This document shows positions 37,857-51,716 of a stretch of DNA of 64,000 bases, piece by piece (position 1 is the stretch's first letter; each line of letters opens with the position of its first letter). Made by a program: the position numbers and the translations under genes. The notes under the pieces were generated by a model, which worked only from the letters and a program-made list of their open reading frames with translations, did no database searches and was not told the origin of the DNA. The DNA comes from Phoronis australis (Eukaryota; Animalia; Phoronida): positions 791,169-855,168 of the forward strand of contig NMRA01000009.1 of NCBI GenBank assembly GCA_002633005.1, in the 5' to 3' direction.

Positions 37857-39979
37857 AGAGAGATTTCTACCTAATGACATAATATTATAATTAGAGACCC
37901 GATTACCAGCCAATGAGCCAATTGAGTGTCTTAGTTCACGAGTTCACCGCTAGGTAAAAATGCAAATGAAGGAGTGACAATACACTCTTTTTCGCTGTGC
38001 TACGAAAGGTAGCACTGTCGAGTGTTGTTTATCATGGCTTCTTATTGGTTTAAGTAATGCAATCAACGTCACAACATTCAGTCATTCCCATTGGTTGAAA
38101 TCTGGGAAACCCCTTTCAGTTTACAGTTGCCGAGTATGGCGACCACCTTCGACTTGAATAGTTGCATTTTATTAAAACGGGCAGTGATCGAAGTAAACAA
38201 AATCAAGGGAACCCTGATCCAGTGACTTAAGCCTAAACAAGTACAGTACATAAAGACGTGTGCAAGTGGTGGCGATGTGATCGGTATACTTCCGACCAAG
38301 ACATGCGCATTAAAGCCCACACACGTGTGTCCGTTCATCATGTTTCCACAGGGATACTTTTCAGTGTAGGTGGCGCTGTGTCAGAAGGTAGAGTGACAAG
38401 CGAATAGTAAAACGTCGAATCTTCGAGTGAATAAGTTCTTTTAAAGGACTTGATTTCCGTGCAGTTATATTTGCAGTATCATTTCAACAGATAAATTTCT
38501 TCATGCGATCTTAATTTCGATGTTTGCGGCTTAATATTTAATGTGCGATTTGAGTGTGATTTGTATGATGACCATAAATTCTACTCTTTCAGTTTATGGA
38601 CTTCCAACCCTCTTTGGATCGAGAGTTCGTTTAACGACTAATTTGATTGTTAGATTAGTTCGAGAAGAAGATATATTTTGTTGCGCATGCGATTGCGGTA
38701 ATCGTACCATGCTGCTTGGTAAACGTGAAATGTTCTTCGTCACTATAGAGTACTTGTATCGCATCCAGCCTTTATATTCATGTTCATTCCGTCGATACAA
38801 AGTTCTTCATTCCCGTTTGTTGTACATTACTACATATATGTGCATTATAACGTGGTAGAGAAAATGACCAATATTGTATCGAATCAGCGTTTTTATTTTC
38901 GCCGCGGTACAGTCTGGTGAACAACTCGAGACGAAGTTTTTCAATATTTCATAAACGTTATCCAACAAGAAACAACGAGCGTCTGAAATCATTGAGCAGC
39001 AGTAGGGGAGATGAGAGAAATAACTAACAATTTAAAATGTTAAAATGCAAATCAGATGATATCTAGGTGTAGTAAAAATATGATCAAATGATCTCGTTTT
39101 CGAGTTGTTAACCAGATTCTCTTTCGCAAATAGAGATTGGATGCAAGCAATATAGAACACTTGGGACTAATGTGCTGTATTGGTGTCATTCGCCTCCAGG
39201 AACAGGTTGACGTCTCGTTCTCATGTTTTTTCTGGCTAATCCAATAAATTACATGTTGAAATCCTTCGAGACAGCACGCTATTTTTTCGTCAGGTCTTTC
39301 CTCAACTTGACAAAAGGACTAGAAATTTGTCCCACGGCATAGGCACCCATTACTGAATATTATTAATATATCGAGTTTCACAAAATTTGTGCAATTAACG
39401 TCACAGGGCCACTTGAAATCAGTGGCGGCTATGAAAAACGCCAGACGACAAACACACAACCAACAATAAATAAAGAAACGTGTCAATTCATAAATAACCA
39501 CTTATTTATCAGCGGTTTTTGGATGGGATTTGTTTCTGTTTTTCTTCATGTCATCTAGTACATGTTGTGACAAACACCCAAACATGACAGAGCACGGCAC
39601 GCCTTAGTCAGTCTGAGGTCAGAGTATTTGAAAAGAATGCCACCCCTTTTACGAAGTGTTGAGGAAAATAGGCCACGTGGAAGAAAGTGTGCAACACTTG
39701 CTAGGTATCCAGTTATTGACACCAAATTGCTGTCGATTATTTTTCTTCAAGTCTGGACTGAAACACAGTTAGCAATGGTTAGTTTTTGTAATTGAATAGA
39801 GATTCATTTTTTTAAATACACAGAGCCGTAAAGAGACACCTGTTATGCTGTCTAACGACAATAGATCAAGGCTGCTTTCTAATTATTCTCAGCCATATTT
39901 TATTTGGGAGGTTCTAAAATTTTTTTATGTTTTATGGGTACAACAGGTGTGTTTACTCGTGGAAGACATCGCAGCCTTA

Positions 39980-40132
39980 CATGGGCAGCGCACCATAGGG
40001 GGCTGGGGGGCAATAGCCCCCACTTATTTCAGTGCTGCGCTGTCCATGGACATGAGCGCCGCACCCGATAGGGGGTTGTGGAGGGGGAAGGGCTTATATC
40101 CCTCCATTTATTTCAGTGCTCCGCCGCCCATG
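39980..40132. mobile_element. Tandem pair of very short CATG-ended hairpin MITEs
   Basis: catgggcagcgcac...gtgctgcgctgtccatg (39980-40048) and catgagcgccgcac...gtgctccgccgcccatg (40051-40132); flanks cctta/ccgta. Confidence 0.7.
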
Positions 40133-43034
40133 CCGTAGTTCTCTCAAAAATCATGGCCTTTTACTTCACTTCAACGGATTTCATTTCCATTTGGTTGCTA
40201 ACAGAATGAGGAGATGCGAGCAACTAAGCTTCTGTACCATATCGGATAGAATGTGTTTGATGTTTTTGATTCTAAACAAAATGTTCACAAAATCGGTAAA
40301 TCGCTCAGAGTATCCCGAACGTGCCTCTAAATAAAGTGCACAATCAAAAGTAATACCCTGGTATAGTTTCACTTACAATTCAGTGTACTGAAGAAATCGA
40401 AATTGTTTTCGTGTCTTTTAAAAATATTTTATCAATAAACGACATACGAAGGTAAACAAACAACTGAGCGACACGGCGCATTTTGAACATTTTGACACCA
40501 TAAAATCATCCTTTAACTTCCTGAAATAGTTTTTCAATGTGACACGACTATTTATTGCACAAGGTTTCTATGGTTACAACGGAGCATCAAAATTATTGAC
40601 GCATGACAAGTGCTTGTAATGACTGATAAATGTGGGAATAATAGTCATTTTTGTAATATTTCTATCGGCCGTCAGTTCTAACAAAAGACGGGAAACGTGT
40701 TTTTCACTTTTAACGTTAAGTTGGTACACCTACAGTTGAAAGATGGGAACCATTGCCTTTACTCAAAAGCTCTTATATAACATCAACGCATTGTTTTCTC
40801 AAGTTAACATGTATAGTTTTCAAAATGTTGTATTTACCTGTAATGTAGTTGTTCTCAGTTTTACAGGGAAATTCAGCACTTAGGCAAACACTTGATTTCA
40901 ATTACAAATTCTAACAATGGGACAGCTTTCAGATGAATTTCTGTTATCAAACTGTAGATAGAATTTCGAAATTTCTTGTGATCATGGAGATCATGTCGGG
41001 TGTAAAATAGCCGCCACCATAAAATCAAACAATTTGTAAGAACTTTTAAAAGTTTGAGTCTTTGTGATATGAAGTCCTAGTTTGGAATTATTTTCCTTAG
41101 TGAAAACGCAAACGTGTCTAATTAAGTAAATGGGTGATAATGACGTGACAAGGCTCCCGGATTTTAAGAATCTGCTTCCTCCACTGATTAAAGGGTATCA
41201 AACTGGTTTGCAAAACCCGGATCCCCTGAGTTGGCAATAGTCACTTACAAGGTGCAGAGGCATCATATATATAGCAGTGAACTATTGGTTAACAAACTTT
41301 GATAATGAGTATGTCAGTTAAAGACACACTTTTCAAACTGCACTGTTAAAGCAAACAACTAATGCAAGTAAAATATAATAAAAACAGTAGTTTAATGAGG
41401 GGTTATCGCTGATGCCGCTGTCCGGATTCGCGAATAGTCGGGTCCAAACAATACGACACTATCGAGGTATAGGCTTATACCTGGTATTCTAACGAACATC
41501 TTGCTACAATCTAACGATGCGCGTGAAAAACAACTTACGGACGAACGAGTAGACGTTCCAGGAACACCAATGATTAAAAGTCTGCATGTAGCAGCTTGTA
41601 AACGTTTGTCCATTTCGCCCGCAGTATTTTAAGATTATCAGATTGAACCTGGTGAAACTGTAAGAAGGCAAGGGAATATTGAGAAAATTAACGTAACACT
41701 TGTTGATCATATTCGATTGTTCCTCAAAGACGGAGAGCCCGTCCCCTTTAGCCGTCCAGATTCACACTCGATCCTTGCAGAATGGCTATCTATCGAGTGC
41801 AACCCAATTTAAGTTGATCCCGAACAGATTTAATGCCCAGGAGGTGTAATGTAATTGCAAATCTCACCTTTTACAAGTTTACTCGACTGCGACATTTCTT
41901 GCTTGAGTGCTTTTACTACAACACTACGTGCCAGTCCCCCAGCCACTGTCAGTTGTATTTGTAACTAGTCAACCAGTGCAAGTCAAATACCTGTTATTGA
42001 GCGAACCTGTGAGGGAAACAAGGATAGCTTTACAGAACCAGTGAGAAGGAACAATTGTTACGTCTGTCCGCATTTGATGTCATTGAGGATTAAACGACCA
42101 AAACTAGAAATGCGTCAATAATTTTGTATATGGTTGTTTGGTGGAATAAGAACGTGACTTTCAACCACAACAGGACTCACCTTACCAGCGACTTCAGCTT
42201 GTTATATTTTTCAGGTTTTCTGTTGAGTATAGAGACGATTGCGTGTTAAGAGCGACTACCCCTGACAGCGTAATTGACGCTGGTTCATTCTCCCTACCTA
42301 TATCTAGAGATACTTGAATCTGATTGGCCATGGGCGCAATGTCTTCCCTGTGCAATGATTCTGAAACCATTTAATGTTTATAATGGCTTTGAAGAAAACA
42401 TGTCTCATGATACCAGTCCTAATTCAACCTCAGGTTTATGAGTCCCGGCTTAATACAATTTAGTCGTTTATGGCTGTCGAGACTGTTAAACAAATCTTGT
42501 TTTTGAATGGGACGTACAGACGGTCCGATCTGCTCGAGTATTCAATCTTAAACAAGGGGCGAGAAAGGAAAAGAAAAGAATTGATTGTATATGGAGTAGA
42601 AAAGGGTTACATACCCTGATGAGATAGTCAGAGTACATTTCAAAACACTGTCATTCATCGTTAAATAAAGACCCTTTCGCAGATGAGCACCACCGGCGGC
42701 AGATATTGATAAATTCATTTAAGCGAGAATTTTCACCGAAGATGAGGTGCTGATAACATATGCGTGTTTTACAAATCGCCTCGACTCTGTCGTCCTGACT
42801 AGATTGGTTACGTTAGCCGGTTATTGTGAAAAGAAACTGTCATAAACATCATCCATTAACTTCCATTAAATTCGAGATGTACAGCAACGCAGGCTAGAAA
42901 TTTATAACAAATGCATGTTGACTGATCAGAATCAACAGAGGATAAGCAAAACTTGATCTCGGAGTTACTTTCAGTGGATTCACTACATATCATCCATCGT
43001 ATTAAATCGAGAACTAAATAATATTTTAAAAAGC

Positions 43035-43290
43035 TGTAACAGCTTTTTTGAGATTTCACCTTGACCTTGGCCTTGAAATTATGTGTTCGTGTTATTGATA
43101 CCGTTGTTTTGCGGCCTTTCTTTTTTGTTATATTTTACTAAAAAGACATGGTCTCGTGATCCAAGTTAACAACAGGTTAGTGAAATTTCAAAAATCTATG
43201 TACTGGCTTTCTAGTTTCAGATAACTTTTACTCAGTTAAAATCTATAGTACTATGATCGTGTCAATGAGGTCCAACAAAACCTTGAGGCT
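43035..43290 (+). repeat. Dispersed repeat fragment, homologous to 17525-17790
   Basis: Same conserved blocks as the 17.5-kb copy. Confidence 0.7.
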
Positions 43291-43574
43291 GTAAAATATG
43301 CGTTTAATGATTTAAATACACCGGTTGGCCTCACCCTTGATTGACCAATAAAGAACCAGGTATCAGAGATGTACACCAGATTCAAGTGCTAAAAGAGACT
43401 GTTTTCGAGACTATAGGTGAGCTTACTCGCGCCTGTGTCACATCCTGGGTTGAGTTCCATAGACGCAAGAACCTCGCTAGTAAAGGCAGGGTAATCACGT
43501 GTTTTGCTTGTAATGCATGGCGATATCTCGCTAACACTCGCATGATGTTTGCGAGTGTATTGCAAAACGAAACA

Positions 43575-43711
43575 AAAGTCCATTAAAAGTCACAGTTCAC
43601 AGACCTGCAGGTGGTACCCAGTTTTTCTTAGTCCTCCCGCTTTTTTGTGAGCAAAAGGTCCACTTTGTTAGAGATTCGAGCCTCCCACATTAAAGGCTAA
43701 GTGCGCGCATG
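43575..43711. mobile_element. Right-end fragment of the CATG MITE family
   Basis: aaaagtcca..aggtccac..ttcgagcc..tgcgcgcatg matches the 3' part of 56428-56664. Confidence 0.6.
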
Positions 43712-44339
43712 TATTGGATTTACGACACGGGCACCTGGCGACTGGTTGATATTGCATAAGATAGCTCAATGATTCAGAAACGAATTTGCTGCTGCAACAA
43801 TAACGACAGCAACAGACTTTAATCGACGCATTCGCCGCAAGTTCTTATTTTGCGTTAATAAGGCGTCAAATAAAATAACAAAATGATTCATTATATGTTT
43901 CCGGCTCAACCTCGAACCTTAGCGTCTGTCGGCACTCAATAGAATGGTAGTTTTTGACCTCTTGACCCACTTTTGCCCAGTTGAGGCCTTTTTAGTAAAC
44001 TTTTAGTTGAAATTTAGGTTGGAAATTCACTGGGATACTTTTCAGACACTTTTTTTAAGAATTATCTTACTGAACTTTCGGCTTTTGAATTCTTTGGTCC
44101 ATGAGTATACAGGTTTTACCGGTAGCGGCCTACACCCTGTATAACTGAGACGTGGAGCTGTTTGTACCTCTTTTTTCAAGCCCAAAACCATTAAAAATGT
44201 TTTGTGTCACCTTACATTAAGCGCGCAAACCTATGCCTACACAGTGATGCCCACTAGCTGAATCTATTCTCTTCTGACTCGTGACGCCAAGTAACTTACC
44301 AAAGAATGCTAGCCCATCCAATGAAAGGTGTTCCATCTA

Positions 44340-45149
44340 ACTCCGGAGTAAAACAGATATCCCGGAGTCGAAAACAGACTCTCGCACCTTAAAAACAGGT
44401 AACCAGACTGAAAAACACGAACACCGACCTTTAAAAACAAGAACCCGGGGATCGGACACTACATCCGGGAATCGAAACACTCCCGTACTTTCTATCAGAG
44501 TGAGTGCCTTGAGTCTGTTTTAATGATCGATGAGGAGTTGAAGTACACTTTTTTNNNNNNNNNNNNNNNNNNNNNNNNNNNNGGGGCAGGAATGGTGAAA
44601 TTGACGACGGTGCAGTTCTTTTGAGTGAGTAATTCTCGCTGTCCATTTCAAAATCTGTAAATTGTGCCGGAAATGACTGATATACTCGTGACAAGTAAAT
44701 CGACAAACCCTAAAATGCTGCCAATCAATGGCACGCGAAATCGAAACAATATTTTTGTTTTTCATTTTTGAAAATATTTTTGAAGAAACTCGTGAATAAT
44801 CGGAAATTAACTTAATATTTATCGAGACAACAACGTGTTGAGAATATAGATTATGTTTAAATTCGCCCACGGACAAGCTGCACGAGTTTTGTCGATAAAA
44901 ACGCAATAGCAGTCAATACAATATAAGTTACGTTTTGACAATTTTTAACAAGCAAATGCAGAAAACGTCTGAAAAGTGCTTGAACTCAAACTTTAAGGCT
45001 ACTAACATCGTCTCGGAAAAATTGTCCGGGTTTCTTGTCCGATCCCCGGGGTTCCTGTTTTAAAGGTTCTTGTTTTTCAAGCTGGTTAACTGTTTTAATG
45101 GTGTGACAGTCTGTTTTCGATTCCAGGATATCTCTTTTACACGGGGATT
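44340..45149. mobile_element. Non-autonomous element with ~130-bp imperfect TIRs
   Basis: gtaaaacagatatcccggagtcgaaaacagact...cccggggatcggaca (44340-44470) inverted at 45024-45149; contains 28-N gap. Confidence 0.8.
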
Positions 45150-46245
45150 CCAATTTCTATTTAACACTCTGCAAAGGGTACGCAGAAATCAGCTGAACAA
45201 TTCCCGTTATTTGCTGCCTCTGCGTAGATGAGGGTGCAGCCCTCGGACAGCTTCGCAAGATCGGTCGATCTCGCCTTCTGTCCTTGCTGTGGTTGGTGTG
45301 GACGTGGATCGAATGGCAGTACCTGGTAGGCGGGTGGTGGTGTTCTTCTTCTTGTGGAGATGAGACGCTGGCTGGATGGCGTTTTTGACTTCTAGGGTGT
45401 GGAGCTGGCGTAATGGCAACAGCTTGCATGATGTTCCTGGTTGTTTGACTCACATGAAGCCAGCGTAATAACAACAGCCGTCATGCTAGTCCTTGCATGT
45501 GTTTATTCTGCCCCGTCGGAACAATTACCAGTAGAGCAGGGCCCGAAACCTTGGTGCTCCTTGATGCCTCCACGCAGTCGGCACCACCTTCATGAGGCCA
45601 CTCTACTCGTATTGTGCTCGTCTTAGTTTGTAATGAATGCGCAACACCGATAGGATCTTGTCCTACGGGCTGCACATGATGTTTTGGATAGGATTGACTT
45701 CTTTATCTGGTCCTCTAAAACAGCAACTCTCGTGTTTTTGTTAATTGTTTACTGTAAACCGCCGATTCCTAACAAGGATTGGCAGTCAAAGTTAGAAATC
45801 GTGAAAATGGTCGACGGCCGCGTATAATGCTGGTCGAAAGTTAACATGAAAAAGCCAAGGTCAAATTTCCTGAGTGTATGTGATAAAAAAGATACTCTCC
45901 GTTACAACGCCTCCTATATGGAAAAGTGCAACAACAGCAAGCCAATAGATGGCGCACTATACTGCATCTTTGAATGTTATTTCCCAAACATTGGGAATGT
46001 CTGAATGTTACTTGCTTCTGTTAATTAATGAGAAACGATTTATTCACCCATAATACACGATCAGGGGCTCAGTCGCAGTGGCCAAACTCCACTCCCGGGT
46101 ACCAAGCGCCGGTCATACGGACCAGTACTGTTTAAGTATTTGTAAAAACAACCAACTGAACGACACAGCCCGTACCAGTTAACTGTTAGTGGATCTCCCT
46201 GCTCCTGCCACAGGCGCTTGGGTTTATCTGTTCCTCGATCGCAAA

Positions 46246-46492
46246 NNNNNNNNNNNNNNNNNNNNNNNNNNNNNNNNNNNNNNNNNNNNNNNNNNNNNNN
46301 NNNNNNNNNNNNNNNNNNNNNNNNNNNNNNNNNNNNNNNNNNNNNNNNNNNNNNNNNNNNNNNNNNNNNNNNNNNNNNNNNNNNNNNNNNNNNNNNNNNN
46401 NNNNNNNNNNNNNNNNNNNNNNNNNNNNNNNNNNNNNNNNNNNNNNNNNNNNNNNNNNNNNNNNNNNNNNNNNNNNNNNNNNNNNNNNNNNN
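46246..46492. other. Assembly gap (247 N); smaller gap at 44555-44582
   Basis: Runs of n. Confidence 1.
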
Positions 46493-47817
46493 GCAACCTC
46501 TTTTCATGTCATTTTTAATAAAAATACGGTTCGTTGATTATCTCAGATATATGTTTCAGTTAATTACGGCTTCCCGTAATTTTATTAATTAGTTGTGCCC
46601 TACTTCGGAAGTAAGTTTAGGGGGTTAAGAATTTCCCACCATTTTGTTTCTAGTTCGTTCGAGTTTACTATGGGATCTGTTCTACGGTTTTTTTTCGTAC
46701 TGGTTTCCTAAAATTGTTACCACTTCCAATCGACGAGTATTCTACGACAAGCTAGGTTGTTAGAGAACTCAATAACGTTGGATTTAGGAATCTTTTAGTT
46801 TGTAAATAGCCTGAACTGAATGGCTGGAGTCGGCGACCTATATCACAGACACAGTAACGTGAATGATGGAGACATTGTTCAGAGCATTGGTGACGAGGAA
46901 TATTTTCACGAACAGTCACTGGGTGGAGATATGTTTGAGCCCGAGTACGCACAAACAGATGTTGAGAGGGATGAGGTCGGCTTCATATTATGGAATGTTG
47001 TTCCCACTGGATGGTGACCTGAGCACCTAAACCACTTACATCCTGCCGTGTGACTCGCTCGCCACACACCTGGCACCTTCTAAATATCGCCAATATTTTA
47101 GTTAAGTCCACAATAAACTTATCAAAGTTTGGGTCACCGGCCTGATCACTGGACGACGAACTATGTCGAACTGGGCCTGTATTCACTCCCAGTACTCAAC
47201 ATCGCTGCAGGGCTGCTTAATTGCAGGCTCTGGGCTGGAGATAACACCAGCACAGGGCGAATTACTGCTAGTTCCCGGAATTGCACGCTCTGGCTGTACG
47301 TTCAGAGGCACTCTAGAGGCCACAGCTCGCGAGGCTGCTCACTTCAAAAGTACACTTCTCGGGGGTGGCGACGGGGCACTGCCGGGAATCAACATCGACA
47401 GTAGACACCCTTCTTCAGGCGTTGTTTTGAAGGAGCCTTCATTAACTCCCTTTGCACATCTCTTTCGTAATCCGACGGCAGAAAATGCTTAATTGTCACA
47501 CACTCGGTAATTCTATACTGATTTGTACGTGGCGTGGATGGGTAACGCTGCATTCTTCACACGAACGAGCCAAGTACGGCGGAGCGTGTCATTTTCCGGA
47601 AAGCGATGTAGTGGCGTGAGATGATGAGTACACCCCGGCGGGTACGCAACAACCGTGCGACATGTTGACTGACTCGTAAACAAACTCAAACGTCGAAAGA
47701 AACCGAGATACAACAATGACTGACTCCCTCAGTCAGACTATATGAAAACAAAATGGAGGAAAATTCTTAACCCCTTAACGTCACTTCCGGAGTAAGGCAA
47801 AACTAATTGATAAAATT
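46493..47817. mobile_element. Internally deleted Kolobok-type transposon: THAP-transposase 5' part on minus, KolX-like 5' part on plus
   Basis: Minus: PGCTHH..LHRFPENDTLRRTWLVRVKN (THAP) and KFIVDLTKILAIFRRCQVCG; plus 46820-47017 acidic ORF with DMFEPEY; left end matches the TIR of 62678-63983; right TIR truncated at 47817. Confidence 0.8.
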
Positions 47818-50200
47818 AGGCCATATTGCATTCGACTCTAGGAAGCCTAGAAAATCACTTCCGTAGCTACTTTTTGGGGGCAAGATAATTTTGGTGTTTT
47901 TAAGGTCATTAAGTACTATACTTTAAGAATCTAAAACGTTCCCAAGGTTTGACTTGCACGTTTTCAAGAAATTTGACCTCAAAAATCTGACTTTTTTGCA
48001 AAATTTGGCACAAAAAACCAATCTTCAAAAACCAACAACAGTAGACCCAAACTGAATGATTGGGTTTTGTTACTGGACAAGAAAAGTGATAAGTATTATG
48101 ACATTAGGTGGAAAATTGCTCAAAAAGACAAATAGAAAATTTTTAGCAGCGTTTCCTGTTGGTTAGAAAACATACTACTATATTCTGAACTACAAGAAGA
48201 ACGATACTAGTGTTAATCATTTGGAACTTGATAAAGATTTGATATCACAAGCTACATATGAACAACATACAGTTCCAACGTTTCTGCAATGAATTCTCTG
48301 CCATCACTTTCATTAATTGTCATAATTAATAATCATTATCCACATTGCACTTCATAGTCAACTGTCACAGGGAACCATACACCATTCAGTACTGACATCC
48401 ACGAGCATGATAAAATGTAAATATTTTCCATTAGGCTACAAATTTAAAGCTTTTTAACAACACAACACACCCTTTTTATGTTTTTTCATCCACTCCATTG
48501 TTTGTATTCATCATTATTGTCATCAAAAGTTGTTTCTTGAGACACCGTGTTCACAATCTCGACAGTCACACAACTTTGAACATGACATGCCCGACTTCAA
48601 ACAAGAGCACACTTTTCTACTACAACCACCCGTTTTACATTTGTAATTAACATTTTTCATGACATTTTCTAGGGCTAAAGGCAGAGTCATCCAGTGGAAA
48701 TTCATAATACCCTACTCCAAAAGTCACCCGAATTACCAACTGGAGATGGTGCACTGACATGCTGTTGCAAGGCTCATTTGTGAATGGCACACTGGCAGTT
48801 TGCTCTTTTGGCATGTAACAGCAAACAATCATGATTAGGAGGCAGAGATGATTCCATCACATATTTCAACCTGAATATGTGGTAGCGTGCTTTGTTTACT
48901 GTTGATGATGAGTCGCCGTACAGCTTGCATACAAACTGTTCAATGTCTTCCAAGAGTTGACCAGGAAACGCAAAGTAATGTTGAACCCAACTTTAATGAC
49001 AAAGTTTAAAAATATCTCTGCAAGCCTGCACGCTACCCGGAATAAATTTTTGTCAACCTGAATAGCGTTTCATCTAAACACTTCAGCCTTGTTACAGTAA
49101 TCCTTTTTACTAAGACAGAAAACCAAAATGCTCTTCACTTTAGCACAGTATGGCCAACAAGTGAAATTTTATTTTGTCAAATGCTCAGCAAAAGTAAGCA
49201 TTAAGAGAAATGAGCAACATTACTAGCATTGAATGCACTGGAGAGTTGCCAATCTAAGACATAGAAAAATTTTCATCATCCTTAATACCTTAGTTCAACC
49301 TTTAAAAATTGAGGAATGGTCATTTTGGCAGTAGTTTTTGTGTGAAATTGAAAAGCGCCGACACAAATTTCTTTTGAGGCTTCCTGTTTTAGATAACACA
49401 TAATTGGAAGAGTAAAAATTTTCCTACACTTAAAATTCTCCAATTCAAGAATCTCTAAAATGTGACACACTGAAATCTGGGCAAAATTTGAAATTTCAAG
49501 ATAATGAATTAAGAACACAGGCAATATTTGCATTTATATATTTCTCAAATTCCAAACACAGCTCGTTTTTACATAAAAGGGTCAGAAAATAGGCTGGAAG
49601 TTCATAAAGAGCAGAGCTGATCACTCACATGCAGGCAAAGACTACAGCCAATATATTTGAGATTGGGACGGCTAATGCTGTAAATTCATCAAGCAAACTA
49701 ATTCTTTTTTCTCTGTCCTAAACTAAAGAGTTTTTAACATAAATGATGGTTTTTCGAATCAAGAATAGGCAAGCCTAGTTACAAGTGAATGTTTGGAAAT
49801 GGGATAGCTTTTCAAGTTTCCTTTTATTTGTGAAGTTCTCTGTGATGGACTTTGGTTTGCGGCAAATGATACATTGTGGTGGCAAGACATATACATTTCT
49901 TTGAAAACTGTTAATAGGTTCAACATCGTTTCCCTCATCAGTTTGGTCTTTTTCATTTTTTAAGAGCCGTTTCGATTTTTGATACATCCATTAAGTGTCT
50001 GTAATACTAATTGTGATAGAATAGCTGTTTTTCCACAAAAACTTAATAACTTCTCACCAATAATACTTTTCTTATACTCAATGTTGATCCATTTGTTTGC
50101 AGTAGCCTTAGTCCACGTAATATCTGAAAATTCTTGGGGCTCAGAATTTTGAGCGCAATCTGAAACATGAATGCAACAAGGAGCAGACATCTTGCCAGGC
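47817..50200 (-). mobile_element. Degraded Academ-type DNA transposon
   Basis: EDIEQFVCKLYG..VNKARY..LPPNHDCLLLHAKRAN (48780-48960), CXC tail CKTGGCSRKVCSCLKSGMSCSKLCDCRDC (48523-48705), N-terminal CIICRK segment; TAGGCC at the junction; distal end undefined. Confidence 0.75.
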
Positions 50201-51640
50201 TCCTGTGAAGTCACACACTCATTCAATAATTCATGGTTTAAGCAATGTCCTTCCTAGCTGGCCCAAAACTTCTGTTTGCGGAAGCACAAAATGATTCAGG
50301 AACATGCCAAGAATTATATGTATGTCAGTATGATGACACTTGTCACTTGACTTGGCTTTCCTCAATTCCAATCTACTGCCTGCTTTTTTACAGAGCCTTA
50401 ACCCTTGGTAATTGCCAATTACTTGCACACTCACTCAAGAATTAACGTATTTTGTTTTTTTTTCAGGTGGAATATACCATTGGGCCGGCGGCCATGAGTG
50501 TGCACCCCAGGGTCACTAATATGCGATCTTCAAGGATCGAATTGGAGTTATTTATGCGTGAAGACTTCAACAATAAATCAAGTGCTTGGATTGCTGACAA
50601 CTTTTTCCTTTTTAAATCACATTTGCCCCTTCCTGCTAATTTATTCCTGGTTAGGAGGTACTTCAATGCCGTCATTCATTCAATTAATTCTCGTAACTGT
50701 ACAAGATACATGAACCGTAAAAACCATTTTTTGCCGAAAAACTCGACGTGTCTAAAAGTTTCAACCACGTGACGCAAATTTTGTAAAAACATGCTTGCCC
50801 AATGTACAGTATACCCAATTAGTTTTTGTTGATAATTTTTATTCTAAACTTGACAATTGTAAATTGCATTCAACTTTCGTAATAAACGTTGAAGTTAGAA
50901 TCTAATAAATACACTGTGAAGTTATAATAATGAAACTTGTCAAATGTTTATAAATAACAGCAGGACTTTCCGCACGTAAGCACCGAACTTACCTTGAGAC
51001 AACACAGCTAGTCAATCTCACCGCGTGATATCTTGAGATGGGGTTCGTCTCCGTTTGAATCGATATGAAATTCGTCGCCGAAGATGGACCCGTTAAGAAG
51101 CTGTTTGCATGTCCTTCCAACTGGATTTACGTACAATGACTTGGTTAGGGTCGTAGTCGACTAACCGGCTTGACCCGCCGGTTCTTACACTTACGCATTT
51201 TTCACTTTCAGCTAATTTTGTTGTCTGGCTTCATGAATGTTAAAAGAAAAACCTGTCCCATCTATTTTTACAGTGTGCAATGAACGCTCTCTTTTAGTTG
51301 TGACACCGGATTTGTCAATCATAACCTTGTCACCTTCATGGAGTTCTGGCATTCTTTTGTTGTTGGTATTAATGTTTCAACAGAATAAAATGTAAGGCGT
51401 ATGCATTTCTATGAACTACTTTGTGATTCGCCCATGTAATATAAAAACACTACGTACTCGGTGTTATTAACCAGTCGTGTTGTAACACATTCCAGGTCAT
51501 GTGAGAACGCACTACTTTATCACTATCAATGTAAGAACATTTAAAATTGACTTAAATTTATAATTTGCGTGACTCTCGATTCAAGTTTTGTTATTTTAAT
51601 GACATGGTTTGTTGGTGGGACTAATGTACTCAGAAATGTG

Positions 51641-51716
51641 TTGAATGTAATGGGAGCCAAAGGAGTGTGAGTCATAATTGAATGTAATGGGAGGCAAAGG
51701 AGTGTGAGTCATAATT
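51641..51716. repeat. 37-bp tandem duplication
   Basis: ttgaatgtaatgggag(c/g)caaaggagtgtgagtcataa twice. Confidence 0.9.

Noticed and set aside
46061-46592. Long ORFs in the track
   Set aside because: Artefacts of translating through the N gap
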